Assembly (NCBI GenBank): GCA_049320885.1
Contig: JBMORA010000034.1
Location: 47,245 to 111,244, forward strand
Reading direction: 5' to 3'
DNA: 64,000 nucleotides
Source of the DNA: Thermodesulfobacteriota bacterium
GTDB taxonomy: Bacteria; Desulfobacterota; Desulfobacteria; Desulfobacterales; SURF-7
Position numbers and translations under genes: made by a program. The notes under the pieces were generated by a model. It was given only the letters and a program-made list of their open reading frames with translations, did no database searches and was not told where the DNA came from. Shown one piece after another: positions 17,713 through 28,102 of the stretch (positions are counted from its first letter, which is position 1; each line of letters begins with the position of its first letter).

Positions 17713-18966
17713 ATGTATCGCATTCAAGAAATCGGCAGTAAGGTTGACGTACCCGTTTCCACCATCCGGTACTGGCAGAAGGAATTCACGGAATTCATCA
17801 GTCCGGCCAAAACCAATGGCGGTCAAAAAAGGTATTCCGATGAAGATCTGGCCGTGCTGTCCAAAATCAAGGAAATGCTGCATGTCCAGAAAAAAAGCGT
17901 AGCTGAAGTCCGCAGATTGCTGAAAAAGGGGTATTCGGACTCACCCGATGTCGACTGGAGCAGCCAGAGTATCCTGATCACCGGCGGCACCGGCTCCTTC
18001 GGCAAGCATTTCTGCAAAATCATGACGGAAAAATACCATCCCAAGGTGATCCGGGTATACAGCCGCGATGAACTGAAACAGCATGAAATGCGTCAGCAGT
18101 TCGGGGAAAAGAAACTGCGCTATTTCATCGGCGACGTGCGCGACGGCGACCGCTTGCGCCGGGCCATGGAAGGGGTCGATTTCGTAATTCATGCGGCAGC
18201 CCTGAAACAGGTCCCGGCCTGTGAATACAACCCCTTCGAGGCTATCAAAACCAATGTCCACGGGGCCCAGAACGTCATCGATGCAGCCATTGACACCGGC
18301 GTGAAAAAGGTGATCGCCCTGTCCACCGACAAGGCGGTGAACCCGGTGAACCTTTACGGCGCCACCAAGCTCTGCTCGGACAAACTGTTTGTTCAGGGCA
18401 ACGCCTACGCCGGCAACAAGGGAACCCGGTTCGCCTGCGTCCGGTACGGCAATGTCATCGGCAGCCGCGGCAGCGTCATCCCGGTTTTCCTGAAACAGCG
18501 CCAAACCGGCACCATCACCATCACCGATCCCCGCATGACCCGCTTCTGGATCACCCTGGATCAGGCCGTTGAGCTGGTGCTGAAGGGTTTTCACCATATG
18601 CAGGGGGGCGAGATTTTCATTCCCAAAATTCCCAGCATGCGCATCATGGACCTGGCCCAGGCCATTGCCCCGGAATGCCGGATCGATTACATCGGCATCC
18701 GACCCGGCGAAAAACTCCATGAAGCCTTGACCGGAGAGGATGAAGGCCGCAACACCCTGTTTTATGACGGGATGTATATCACCATTCCGAGTCATTCCTG
18801 GTGGGAGCGCCAGAATTATGTTGAGGCCCGGGCCATGCCGGACGATTTCGTCTATACGAGCGACCGCAACAGCGACTGGATGGGCGTTGAGCAATTGCGG
18901 CAGATCGTTTTCGGCGCGGAAACGCAACAAACCAAATCGGTTCGCCAATTGGCGCATGCCGGCTGA
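17713..18966 (+). CDS. pseB: UDP-GlcNAc 4,6-dehydratase (inverting) with N-terminal MerR-type HTH fusion
   Basis: N-term YRIQEIGSKVDVPVSTIRYWQKEF...GGQKRYS (MerR); then ITGGTGSFG, SRDELKQ, HAAALKQVP, STDKAVNPVNLYGATK, RYGNVIGSRGSV. Alternative start 17659. Confidence 0.9.
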   Translation: MYRIQEIGSKVDVPVSTIRYWQKEFTEFISPAKTNGGQKRYSDEDLAVLSKIKEMLHVQKKSVAEVRRLLKKGYSDSPDVDWSSQSILITGGTGSFGKHFCKIMTEKYHPKVIRVYSRDELKQHEMRQQFGEKKLRYFIGDVRDGDRLRRAMEGVDFVIHAAALKQVPACEYNPFEAIKTNVHGAQNVIDAAIDTGVKKVIALSTDKAVNPVNLYGATKLCSDKLFVQGNAYAGNKGTRFACVRYGNVIGSRGSVIPVFLKQRQTGTITITDPRMTRFWITLDQAVELVLKGFHHMQGGEIFIPKIPSMRIMDLAQAIAPECRIDYIGIRPGEKLHEALTGEDEGRNTLFYDGMYITIPSHSWWERQNYVEARAMPDDFVYTSDRNSDWMGVEQLRQIVFGAETQQTKSVRQLAHAG

Positions 18967-18985
18967 CAAAGAAGGATGCAGAAAG

Positions 18986-19615
18986 ATGCTATCTTACAAG
19001 ACGGATCAAGAAGAATTCTGGACCGGCAGTTTCGGCAATTCCTATGTGAACCGCAACTCGGATATGGCCATTGCCGATGCCTATGAAGCCTTGTACCGAA
19101 AGATATTCGCCCGGATTGATCCCTTCGGCTCGCTGCTGGAGCTGGGCGCCAACGTGGGCATGAACATCCGAAGCCTGCGCAGGATCTACCCGGATGCAAG
19201 CTTTTCCTGTGTGGAAATCAATGCAAAAGCCGTGGAAAAACTGCGCCTCATCCCGGATCTGGAGATATACCACCAGTCGATCCTCGACTTTACCCCCTCC
19301 CGGCGCTGGGAAATGGTGCTGATCAAAACCGTGCTGATTCATATCAATCCGGAATTCCTGAATGTCGTCTACGATGTGCTTTACCGGTCCAGCAGCCGTT
19401 ACATCTGCCTGGCGGAATACTACAACACCACACCGGTGGAGGTTCCCTACCGGGGCCATTCCGAAAAGCTTTTCAAACGGGATTTCGCCGGTGAAATGCT
19501 CGATCGCCACCCGGATCTCCGGCTGCTGGATTACGGCTTTATTTACACCCGTGATACGGCCGTGCCCATCCGTGACGACCTCACCTGGTTCATCATGGAA
19601 AAAAGAGGCGCCTGA
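18986..19615 (+). CDS. Pseudaminic acid biosynthesis-associated SAM methyltransferase
   Basis: TDQEEFW.G.FG..Y..RN, ELGANVGMN, VLIHINP, YRGH...LFKRDFAGE. Confidence 0.88.
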   Translation: MLSYKTDQEEFWTGSFGNSYVNRNSDMAIADAYEALYRKIFARIDPFGSLLELGANVGMNIRSLRRIYPDASFSCVEINAKAVEKLRLIPDLEIYHQSILDFTPSRRWEMVLIKTVLIHINPEFLNVVYDVLYRSSSRYICLAEYYNTTPVEVPYRGHSEKLFKRDFAGEMLDRHPDLRLLDYGFIYTRDTAVPIRDDLTWFIMEKRGA

Positions 19616-19620
19616 AAACC

Positions 19621-20493
19621 ATGGACGTGGTGCTTGTGGGAGGAACCGGTCTGCTGGGGAAAAGTCTGGCGGCCCACTTCACGGAATCGGGGGATACGGT
19701 GCATACCATCGCCAGAAGGAACGCAGACATCCGTCTGGATGTACGCAATCTGGCGGCGCTCCGCGACGCGACCAATGGACTCTCGCCGGATGTCGTCATC
19801 AACGCAGCCGCCGTGGTCGATCTGTCGGCCTGCGAAAAAGACCCCGGATTTGCTTATGCCGTCAATGCAAGACCAGTTTCCGCACTGGCGGAATTGTCCA
19901 TGGAACGGGGGTGGCCGCTTGTCCACATATCGACGGATCATTTTTTCACGGGAGACGGCGACAAATGTCATGATGAACGGGCGGCCGTCCGGTTGATGAA
20001 TGAATATGCGCGGACGAAATACGCCGCGGAGGCCTATGCGTTGACCGCTGAAAAATCCATGGTGGTGCGCACCAATATCGTCGGTTTTCGGGATGGCGAA
20101 GGAGCGCCGACCTTCATGGACTGGCTGGTGGACTCCCTGCGGCGCAAAACGGCCATAACCCTTTTCGATGATTATTACACCTCGAGCATCGATACGGTCA
20201 TGTTCGCTGTGCTGTTGCGCCGGCTGATTCAATCGGGGACGACCGGCATCATCAATCTGGGGGCAAGGCAGCCCGCAAGCAAACTGGAATTTGCCAAACA
20301 GGTGACCATGAAAATGAACCTCGACCTGTCCGCGGTCAAAACCGGCAGTATCCGTTCAATGACCAATCCGCAACGCGCCGAGAGCCTTGGGCTGGACTGC
20401 CGCAGGGCTGAAAAAATCCTGGGCGCTCCCATGCCGGATCTGGATGAAATCGCGGAAAACCTGGCCCGGCAATACAAGGAGAAACCCCGATGA
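19621..20493 (+). CDS. RmlD-like NAD(P)-dependent sugar reductase (extended SDR)
   Basis: GGTGLLG, INAAA, HISTD, YARTK. Confidence 0.85.
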   Translation: MDVVLVGGTGLLGKSLAAHFTESGDTVHTIARRNADIRLDVRNLAALRDATNGLSPDVVINAAAVVDLSACEKDPGFAYAVNARPVSALAELSMERGWPLVHISTDHFFTGDGDKCHDERAAVRLMNEYARTKYAAEAYALTAEKSMVVRTNIVGFRDGEGAPTFMDWLVDSLRRKTAITLFDDYYTSSIDTVMFAVLLRRLIQSGTTGIINLGARQPASKLEFAKQVTMKMNLDLSAVKTGSIRSMTNPQRAESLGLDCRRAEKILGAPMPDLDEIAENLARQYKEKPR

Positions 20494-21581
20494 GACCTTT
20501 CCGGAAAAAAATCATGATCAACGAACGCGCCGTCGGTCCCGGCGAGCCGGTGTATTTTGTGGCCGATATCGCCTCGAACCACGACGGCGACCTGGAACGA
20601 GCCAAGGAGTTGATCCACAAGGCCAGGCTGGCGGGCGCCGATGCGGTTAAGTTCCAGCATTTCATTGCGGAAAAAATCGTCAGCGATTACGGCTTCCGTT
20701 CGCTGGGACGGCAGGTCGGCCACCAGTCCGCCTGGACCAAACCGGTGTTCGATATCTATCGTCAGTACGAATGCAACCGGTCGTGGAGCGGGGAGCTTTC
20801 GGCCGCCGCCAAAGCCGAAGGAATACATTTTTTCACCACGCCCTATGACATGGATGCCTTGCATCTGCTCGATCCGCTTGTGCCCGCATGGAAAATCGGT
20901 TCGGGAGACATCACCTGGACCGATTTCATTCATCAGGTCGCCTCCCTCGGAAAACCGGTAATGATCGCTGCGGGGGCTTCCGATCTGGAGGATGTCCGTC
21001 GAGCGGTGACAACCGCGGCATCTGTCAACGATCAACTGGTCCTGCTCCAATGCAATACCAATTACACAGGCTCCCTGGATAATTTCAGGCATGTCAATCT
21101 GCGGGTCCTGCGTTTGTTCGCCGATGAATTTCCGGATATCATCCTCGGCCTGAGCGACCATACCCCGGGACACAGCGCCGTCCTCGGCGCCGTGACACTG
21201 GGAGCATCGGTGATTGAAAAACATTTCACGGACGATAATTCCCGCAGCGGCCCCGATCATGGTTTCGCCATGAATCCGAAAAGCTGGCGGGAAATGGTCG
21301 ATCGGACACTTGAGACCGCAGCGGCCCTGGGTGACGGGATCAAGCGGATTGAGGCCAATGAAATTGATACGGTTATCGTGCAAAGACGCTGCCTGCGTTA
21401 TCGGCGCTCACTGGCGGCCGGTACGCGCATCAACCGCAATGACATCGAAGCTCTGCGGCCGGCGCCGGAAGGCTCCATCGAACCCTGGCGACTGGAAAAG
21501 ATCCTTGAGCGGCGTCTTGACCGGCAAGTCGAAGCCGGTGAAGCGGTAAAATGGGAAGACCTGGAAGGTGAAACATGTTGA
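20490..21581 (+). CDS. Nonulosonic acid synthase (NeuB/PseI family) with C-terminal SAF domain
   Basis: ADIASNHDG, GADAVKFQ, KIGSGD, GLSDHT, EKHFT...GPDH. Confidence 0.92.
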   Translation: MRPFRKKIMINERAVGPGEPVYFVADIASNHDGDLERAKELIHKARLAGADAVKFQHFIAEKIVSDYGFRSLGRQVGHQSAWTKPVFDIYRQYECNRSWSGELSAAAKAEGIHFFTTPYDMDALHLLDPLVPAWKIGSGDITWTDFIHQVASLGKPVMIAAGASDLEDVRRAVTTAASVNDQLVLLQCNTNYTGSLDNFRHVNLRVLRLFADEFPDIILGLSDHTPGHSAVLGAVTLGASVIEKHFTDDNSRSGPDHGFAMNPKSWREMVDRTLETAAALGDGIKRIEANEIDTVIVQRRCLRYRRSLAAGTRINRNDIEALRPAPEGSIEPWRLEKILERRLDRQVEAGEAVKWEDLEGETC

Positions 21582-22141
21582 AAGGGGCTTGCACGGGATT
21601 GCGGGCCGTGGAAAAAAGCGACCTGGAACAACTTCTGCGCTGGAGAAACCAACCGGAATTCAGAAAATTTTTTCGGGAATACCGAGAACTGAACATGACC
21701 CAGCAGCATATCTGGTATGAGACCAGCTGCCTGAAAGACGACCATACGATCATGTTTTCCATCGTGGAGCTGCCGACCATGCGCCTGCTGGGAGCCGCCG
21801 GTCTTTGCCGCATCAACTGGATCGACCGGAACGCGGATTTCTCCATCTATATCGGAGCCGATGGCGTCTACATCGACTCGCGTTTCGCTCCCGATGCGGG
21901 AAGAACATTGATCCGGTACGCTTTTGAAGAGCTTTGCCTGCACCGCCTGTGGGCCGAGATCTATTCCATCGACGACGCAAAACAGATCCTGCTCCCGTCC
22001 CTGGGATTTTCCATGGAAGGGCGCCACCGCGGCACCCACTGGACGGAAGGCAGGTGGGTCGATTCCCTTTTTTTCAGCCTTCTGGAAGACGATTACCACC
22101 GAACAAACGACACCCAACAGGCAACCAGTGATAAAGGATAA
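21575..22141 (+). CDS. GNAT N-acetyltransferase (PseH/RimJ-like)
   Basis: LLRWRN, I.WIDRNADFSIYIG, YAFEEL.LHRL, GF..EG. Confidence 0.8.
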   Translation: MLKGACTGLRAVEKSDLEQLLRWRNQPEFRKFFREYRELNMTQQHIWYETSCLKDDHTIMFSIVELPTMRLLGAAGLCRINWIDRNADFSIYIGADGVYIDSRFAPDAGRTLIRYAFEELCLHRLWAEIYSIDDAKQILLPSLGFSMEGRHRGTHWTEGRWVDSLFFSLLEDDYHRTNDTQQATSDKG

Positions 22142-22144
22142 AAC

Positions 22145-22849
22145 ATGCAACCATCCGCACTCGCCATCATTCCCGCCCGGGGCGGCAGCAAACGCATCCC
22201 CCGGAAAAACATCAAACCCTTCGCCGGAGAGCCCATCATCCGGTATTCCATCCGGGCGGCCCTCATGAGCGGTTGTTTTTCCGAAGTAATGGTTTCCACG
22301 GAAGACAAAGAGATTGCCGATGTGGCCTCCCGCTGCGGGGCGACGATTCCGTTTCGACGCTCGGAAAAAACCGCGGACGATCAGGCCATGCTCGCCGATG
22401 TCATCGAGGAAGTGGTCCTGGAGTATCAAAAACGCGGGCGCAGGTTCGACCTGTTCTGCTGCATCCTGCCGACCGCTCCGTTCATTTCAGGGGATCGCAT
22501 CAAAGAGGCTTACGATCTGCTGGTCCGGAACGACGTCGACTCGGTTTTTCCGGTGACCCGTTTCAGCTACCCGATCCAAAGAGCCCTCCGGATCGAAAAC
22601 GGCCTGATGAAAATGTTCTGGCCCGAAAATTACAACGTCCGGTCGCAGGATCTGGAACCCGCCTTCCATGACAGCGGGCAGTTCTACTGGATGAAGACGG
22701 CAAGCCTGCTGCGGCAGAAACAATTGTTCGCCGAAAAGTCCATCGGCCTTGAGTTGCCTGAATCCGAAGTCCAGGACATCGATAACGAGGAAGATTGGAA
22801 AGTCGCGGAGATGAAATACACGCTTCTCCAAACCGTGCAAGGAACGTAA
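22145..22849 (+). CDS. pseF: CMP-nonulosonic (pseudaminic) acid cytidylyltransferase
   Basis: AIIPARGGSKRIPRKNIK, RSQDLE..FHDSGQFYW, DIDNEEDW. Confidence 0.9.
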   Translation: MQPSALAIIPARGGSKRIPRKNIKPFAGEPIIRYSIRAALMSGCFSEVMVSTEDKEIADVASRCGATIPFRRSEKTADDQAMLADVIEEVVLEYQKRGRRFDLFCCILPTAPFISGDRIKEAYDLLVRNDVDSVFPVTRFSYPIQRALRIENGLMKMFWPENYNVRSQDLEPAFHDSGQFYWMKTASLLRQKQLFAEKSIGLELPESEVQDIDNEEDWKVAEMKYTLLQTVQGT

Positions 22850-22856
22850 TCGGACG

Positions 22857-23849
22857 ATGAACGGATACCGCGCCCTGATCATCGGCGCCGGCAAAATCGG
22901 CGCCTTTTACGACACCCCCGATTTTTCCGAGGTGCTTTCGCATGCGCACGCCTACACCGCATCGGCGGATTTCCGGCTGGCCGGATTCGTCGATAGCCGG
23001 GTCGAATCCGCCGAGCGAGCCGCCGGCATCTGGGGAGGACGCGCCTACACGAACCTAGCCGAGGCTTTCCGGGCCGAAAAACCGGACGTCATCTCCGTCT
23101 GCGTTCCCGATGATTGTCACGAACCGATTCTGCGGCAAATATCGGAACTGGGGCCTCGTCTGGTTTTTGCCGAAAAACCCCTCGCCGCGGATTCAGCCAG
23201 TGCCTGGGCCATCGCCAGGCTTTACCAGGAAAAAGGGATCCCGCTGGCGGTAAACTATTCCCGTGGATATCTGCCGAAATTGAGACACCTTGCAAATGCC
23301 ATTCATTCCGGTTCCCATGGACGGTTTGTCAATGGCGTCGGTTTGTACGGCAAGGGCCTGATGCACAACGGTTCCCATATGATCGATCTCCTGCTTCGAC
23401 TCCTCGGTCCGTTATCGTCCGCCATCCGGACAGGCGCGTTGACGGACTGGTCGGACCAGGATCCATCCATATCCGCCTCGATCCGCATGCGGAACGGCGG
23501 AACCGTTTTTCTGCAGGCAGTCGACAGCCGCATCGTCACGATTTTCGAACTGGATCTGATCTTCGAGCGCGCCAGGATTCGGCTTGTCGATTCATGCGCA
23601 GCCATCGAGGTATACCATGTACAAGAACACGAAAGTTATCGAGGGTATCCGGTATTCCGCTTATTCAATTCGGGAAGGATGGAGCTGATGAAAGCGCTTC
23701 CCCATGCCATCGATAACATCTGCGCGCATCTCGAGACCGGCGCACCGCTTTCCTGCTCCGGCCTGGATGCTTGCCGGGTCATCGCTGACTGTGAACTCGT
23801 CCGCAACGGAAAAGCGGCCATTTACACCAACGGATGCCTTGGGGCATGA
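22857..23849 (+). CDS. Gfo/Idh/MocA family oxidoreductase
   Basis: IIGAGKIG, FAEKP, HNGSHMID. Confidence 0.88.
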   Translation: MNGYRALIIGAGKIGAFYDTPDFSEVLSHAHAYTASADFRLAGFVDSRVESAERAAGIWGGRAYTNLAEAFRAEKPDVISVCVPDDCHEPILRQISELGPRLVFAEKPLAADSASAWAIARLYQEKGIPLAVNYSRGYLPKLRHLANAIHSGSHGRFVNGVGLYGKGLMHNGSHMIDLLLRLLGPLSSAIRTGALTDWSDQDPSISASIRMRNGGTVFLQAVDSRIVTIFELDLIFERARIRLVDSCAAIEVYHVQEHESYRGYPVFRLFNSGRMELMKALPHAIDNICAHLETGAPLSCSGLDACRVIADCELVRNGKAAIYTNGCLGA

Positions 23850-23859
23850 TGGGATTCCC

Positions 23860-25017
23860 ATGAATACGGATAACGGCGGCAATCTGCAAAAAACCTTACC
23901 AGGGAGATGGCTGTTTGCCGCCGGCGATGTGGGTGGTGCGCGGGCGCTTTTGCCCGTCATCCGGGAATGCGCGAATCAGGGGATACCGTTTGGCGTCCTG
24001 GCCCATGGACAGATTGCAAGTGAAACCGATACGGAATGGACCATGATCGATCCCCCGGAAAAATCAGACACGCCAAGGATGTCCGTCCTGCTGGACAACC
24101 TGAAGGCAGGCGCCTTTGTTTTCGCTTCCAGCGTGCATGACACCTTCGCGCTGACCATGGCAAGGCAGGCGGCCGCTAAACATATCCCGCTGGTTCATGT
24201 TCTAGACAATTGGACGGCTTATCGGCATCGTCTGGAAAATGACGGCCTGCCGCTGCTGCATCCCGACGTCTACACCGCCATGGACAGCCTGGCCTTTGAA
24301 GAAGCCGTTGCGGAAGGTATCGACCCGGCGATTTTGAAAATCACCGGTCACCCGGCCCTGGCGGATCTGGGCCGGCAGCTCGAACAACAAAGTGACAAAA
24401 AACCGCCGGCGTCTTCCCGCCGGCAGATTGTGTTCGTTTCCGAACCGGTCGCGGCCGACCAGAGCGGGGATTCATCCTCTCCCTTTTTCCGGGGGTACAC
24501 GGAAAGCCAGGTGCTTGATAGCTTTTGCCGCGCGCTGCAACCCCACGCCGGGGAAGTAACCGTGTCCATTCTGCCGCATCCCAGGGAAAATCCCGGTCGT
24601 CTGCATCGGACATGGGAGGAGGCCAAGGGTCTCCTGGAAGGAAAACTGACCGACGGGACGGACGGACGGGGTCATGTACTGCGGTCGGATGGAGTGGCCG
24701 GCATGGCGTCCCTGCTGCTCTATGAAGCCTGGCTGGCGGGGAAGCCGGTTATAAGCATTCAGCCGGATCTCAGACGGCATGACCTGCGCATGTTGTCACG
24801 GCGAAAAGAAATTCATTTTGCCGACACCGATTCGAAAATAAACGCGACCGTGAACAATTGGCTTTCCGATATTCGGAAACCCGTAAAACGAAGACCGCAT
24901 CCGGACCTCGTACAGCATCGGGAATCAGCCGCGAAAATCTGTTCCCTGCTGAAAGACATGACGGCGACCATGCCCGGCGCCGAACGCGAAAAAACTGACC
25001 AAGGGAGATTGACATGA
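23860..25017 (+). CDS. Hypothetical GT-B-fold-like protein (glycosyltransferase or nucleotide-sugar hydrolase)
   Basis: GDVGGA, ITGHP, PHPRE, GMASLLLYEAWLAGKPVIS; operon position. Confidence 0.6.
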   Translation: MNTDNGGNLQKTLPGRWLFAAGDVGGARALLPVIRECANQGIPFGVLAHGQIASETDTEWTMIDPPEKSDTPRMSVLLDNLKAGAFVFASSVHDTFALTMARQAAAKHIPLVHVLDNWTAYRHRLENDGLPLLHPDVYTAMDSLAFEEAVAEGIDPAILKITGHPALADLGRQLEQQSDKKPPASSRRQIVFVSEPVAADQSGDSSSPFFRGYTESQVLDSFCRALQPHAGEVTVSILPHPRENPGRLHRTWEEAKGLLEGKLTDGTDGRGHVLRSDGVAGMASLLLYEAWLAGKPVISIQPDLRRHDLRMLSRRKEIHFADTDSKINATVNNWLSDIRKPVKRRPHPDLVQHRESAAKICSLLKDMTATMPGAEREKTDQGRLT

Positions 25018-26324
25018 AATTGGCCATCCATGGGGGAAAACCGGTCAGAAGCAAACCTTTTCCCAGACACACCACCATCGGCGAGGAGGAGAAAACCGCG
25101 GTCGCCAGGGTGCTGGAATCCGGGGTCTTGTCCAAATACCTGGGATGCTGGCATGAAAACTTCATGGGCGGCCCCGAAGTGCGCGCCCTGGAGGAGGAAT
25201 GGGCCGACTTCTTCGGTGTTCGTCACGCCATTGCCGTCAATTCCTGCACTTCCGGATTGTATTGCGCCGTCGGCGCCATCGCCACGGAACCCGGCGACGA
25301 AATCATCGTTACGCCCTACACCATGAGCGCCACCGCCATGGCACCCCTCATATACAACGCCGTACCGGTCTTCGCGGACATCGAAGCCGATTTTTTCTGC
25401 CTGGATCCGCAAGCGGTGGAGAAAAAAATCACCTCCCGCACCCGGGCGATCCTCACGGTGGATCTTTTCGGACACCCCTATGATGCCGATGCCATCAGCA
25501 CCCTTGCCCGCAAGCACGGGTTGTACGTCATCGAGGACACAGCCCAGGCGCCGGGCGCCCGATACCACGGAAAACCCGCCGGCACCCTGGGGGATATCGG
25601 AATCTACTCCCTCAATTACCACAAACACATCCATTGCGGAGAAGGCGGCGTGGTCGTGACCGAAGACGACGCCATCGCGGAACGGATCCGTCTGATCCGC
25701 AATCATGCCGAAGCGGTCGTCGAGGATAAAGGCGTTGCCGACATCGTCAACCTGATCGGTTTCAATTTCCGCATGACCGAAATGGAAGCTGCCGTGGCCC
25801 GTTGCCAACTGAAAAAATTGCCGGACTTGCTCGAAAAACGTCTGGCGAACGAGGCCTGCCTGGCCAAAAAACTGGCTCAAATTCCGGCGCTTATTCCCCC
25901 CAAGACCCGCGAAGACTGCCAACATGTTTTTTATATGCATGCCTGCAAATTCGATGACCGGGAAGGAGGAATTTCCCGGGATCGCTTCATCGCCGCCGTC
26001 CGGGCCGAATTGCCGGTTTTTGAAGGCCGGGAATCCGAAGGCGTCCGTCTGGCATGCGGTTATGTGAGACCGTTGTATCTGCAACCGATCTTTCAAAAAA
26101 AGACCGCCTATGGTTCGCAGGGCTTTCCGTTCCATCATTTCCGGCGGCCGGAGGAAATCACCTACCGCAAGGGGGACTGCCCGGTATGCGAGCGCATGCA
26201 TGAGCGCGAGCTGTTCATCCATGAACTGATGCTGCCATCCCTGTCTGTTGACGATCTGGACGACGTGTTCCGGGCATTTGAAAAAGTCTGGGAAAACCGG
26301 ACGGACTTGAGGGAGCGGTCATGA
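25014..26324 (+). CDS. DegT/DnrJ/EryC1/StrS sugar aminotransferase (PseC-role candidate)
   Basis: VNSCTSGL, EDTAQAPG, SLNYHKHIHCGEGG (PLP Lys), GFNFRMTE. Confidence 0.92.
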   Translation: MKLAIHGGKPVRSKPFPRHTTIGEEEKTAVARVLESGVLSKYLGCWHENFMGGPEVRALEEEWADFFGVRHAIAVNSCTSGLYCAVGAIATEPGDEIIVTPYTMSATAMAPLIYNAVPVFADIEADFFCLDPQAVEKKITSRTRAILTVDLFGHPYDADAISTLARKHGLYVIEDTAQAPGARYHGKPAGTLGDIGIYSLNYHKHIHCGEGGVVVTEDDAIAERIRLIRNHAEAVVEDKGVADIVNLIGFNFRMTEMEAAVARCQLKKLPDLLEKRLANEACLAKKLAQIPALIPPKTREDCQHVFYMHACKFDDREGGISRDRFIAAVRAELPVFEGRESEGVRLACGYVRPLYLQPIFQKKTAYGSQGFPFHHFRRPEEITYRKGDCPVCERMHERELFIHELMLPSLSVDDLDDVFRAFEKVWENRTDLRERS

Positions 26325-26887
26325 CGACACTTGCCGGCGCCATCCAGACGAAACGGCTTTCAATGACGCCTTTCACCGAACGGCATATCAACGATCGCTA
26401 TCTGGGCTGGTTGAACGACAAGACGCTGATGCGATACAGCGAACAGCGCCATCGCCGCCATACACGGGAATCGGCCCTGGAGTATCTGCGATCCTTCCAT
26501 GGGAGCTCCAATTACTTCTGGGCCATAGAGGAGATTCCGGACGGGCTCGGTCATATCGGGAATATCAACGCCTATGTGGACCGGAACAATCTGGTGGCGG
26601 ATATCGGCATCCTGATCGGTGAACCGGCCGCCCGCAAAAAGGGCTACGGCCTGGAAGCATGGAAAGGTGTCTGCGGGTTTCTGCTCGGGGAGCTTGGCAT
26701 GCGGAAGATTACCGCCGGAACCATGGCGCGCAACCTTCCCATGATTCATCTGATGCAGCGGGCGGGCATGATCCCGGACGGTATCCGCAAACGCCACTAT
26801 CTGCTGGAAGGCCTTGAAGTGGATATTCTTCATATGGCCGTTTTTCAGACGGCCGAACCATCCAAGAAAGAGGAAGATGCGTCATGA
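26321..26887 (+). CDS. GNAT N-acetyltransferase (RimJ-like)
   Basis: Y..WLND, HIGNI, ADIGILIGE...KGYG.EAW. Confidence 0.85.
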   Translation: MTTLAGAIQTKRLSMTPFTERHINDRYLGWLNDKTLMRYSEQRHRRHTRESALEYLRSFHGSSNYFWAIEEIPDGLGHIGNINAYVDRNNLVADIGILIGEPAARKKGYGLEAWKGVCGFLLGELGMRKITAGTMARNLPMIHLMQRAGMIPDGIRKRHYLLEGLEVDILHMAVFQTAEPSKKEEDAS

Positions 26888-28065
26888 ATTCCACAACGAA
26901 ACCGCTTTTCGATCATTTGCGATATTGCATCCGGTGCTGCATGCCGGAAACCCAGGAGGGCATCCAATTCGACGAATTCGGCATCTGCCGGGCCTGCCAG
27001 TCCTCCGAACAAAAAATTCACATCAACTGGGTTGAACGGGAAAAAGCGTTGTCGGCCATTCTGGAAAAGGCCCGGAGCCAGGCCGGGGATAATTATGACT
27101 GTATCATCCCCATCAGCGGCGGCAAGGACAGCACTTTCCAGCTCCATGTGCTGGTCAGGGTCTATGGCATGAAGCCGCTGGCGGTCACCTTCAGCCACAA
27201 CTGGTTCAGCCGGACGGGATGGTACAATCTCCAGAACGCCCTGGAAAAATTCAATGTCGACCACATGATGTTCACTCCCAACCGCGATCTGGTGAACCGT
27301 ATCGCCCGCAAATCCGTGGAGGCCATAGGCGATTCCTGCTGGCACTGTCATGCGGGGGTCGGAGCCTTTCCGCTCCAGATCGCCGCCCGCTTCCGGATTC
27401 CTCTGTTGATCTGGGGCGAATCCATCGCCGAATCCTCGGGCCGGGCCTCCTATCTCAATCCGGTCCGCAAATTCGACCGGGAATACTTCACCAAGGTTTC
27501 CGCCAAATTGAGACCGGACCAGATGATCTGCGACACCCTTTCCGCGAGGGATCTGTATCCCTTCCAGGTTCCTTCCGCCGAAGAATGCGAGAAAGCGGGG
27601 ATCTTCGGCATTCATCTCGGCGACTATATTTTCTGGGACGACGAACGCCAGACCGAATTCGTCCGGGACACCTATGGCTGGCGGGAAACGGAAATGGAAG
27701 GCACGTACAAGCGGTATAAAAGCGCCGAGTGCATCATGGCGGGAATGCATGATTTCACCTGCTACCTGAAGCGCGGATACGGCCGCGGCACGTTTCATGC
27801 TTCCGTGGATGTCCGCAACGGTCTCCTGACCCGTGAAGAGGGCTTTTCCCTGGCGGGGGAACATGATCCGGTCCGTCCTGAATCCTTGGATTATTTTCTG
27901 CGGATCACCGGCCTTTCCGAAGCGGAGTTTTATGACATCATGGAAAAAAACAGGGTAAAGCAACTTCAGGGGAAGACCATCCCCGTCAAGGCCAAGAAGC
28001 AACCGCACAGCGAACGGTTGCTTCCTTTTCCGGAACAACTGATCCATGAAGAAGGTAAAAACTGA
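26884..28065 (+). CDS. N-acetyl sugar amidotransferase (PseA/WbuX family)
   Basis: CIRC..P, GICRAC, YDCIIPISGGKDS (PP-loop), K.GYGR....AS.DVR.G..TREE. Confidence 0.9.
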   Translation: MNSTTKPLFDHLRYCIRCCMPETQEGIQFDEFGICRACQSSEQKIHINWVEREKALSAILEKARSQAGDNYDCIIPISGGKDSTFQLHVLVRVYGMKPLAVTFSHNWFSRTGWYNLQNALEKFNVDHMMFTPNRDLVNRIARKSVEAIGDSCWHCHAGVGAFPLQIAARFRIPLLIWGESIAESSGRASYLNPVRKFDREYFTKVSAKLRPDQMICDTLSARDLYPFQVPSAEECEKAGIFGIHLGDYIFWDDERQTEFVRDTYGWRETEMEGTYKRYKSAECIMAGMHDFTCYLKRGYGRGTFHASVDVRNGLLTREEGFSLAGEHDPVRPESLDYFLRITGLSEAEFYDIMEKNRVKQLQGKTIPVKAKKQPHSERLLPFPEQLIHEEGKN

Positions 28066-28102
28066 TCCAACGGCGGCGTTATCCGCATTCGAGGTGCTGG
28101 TT

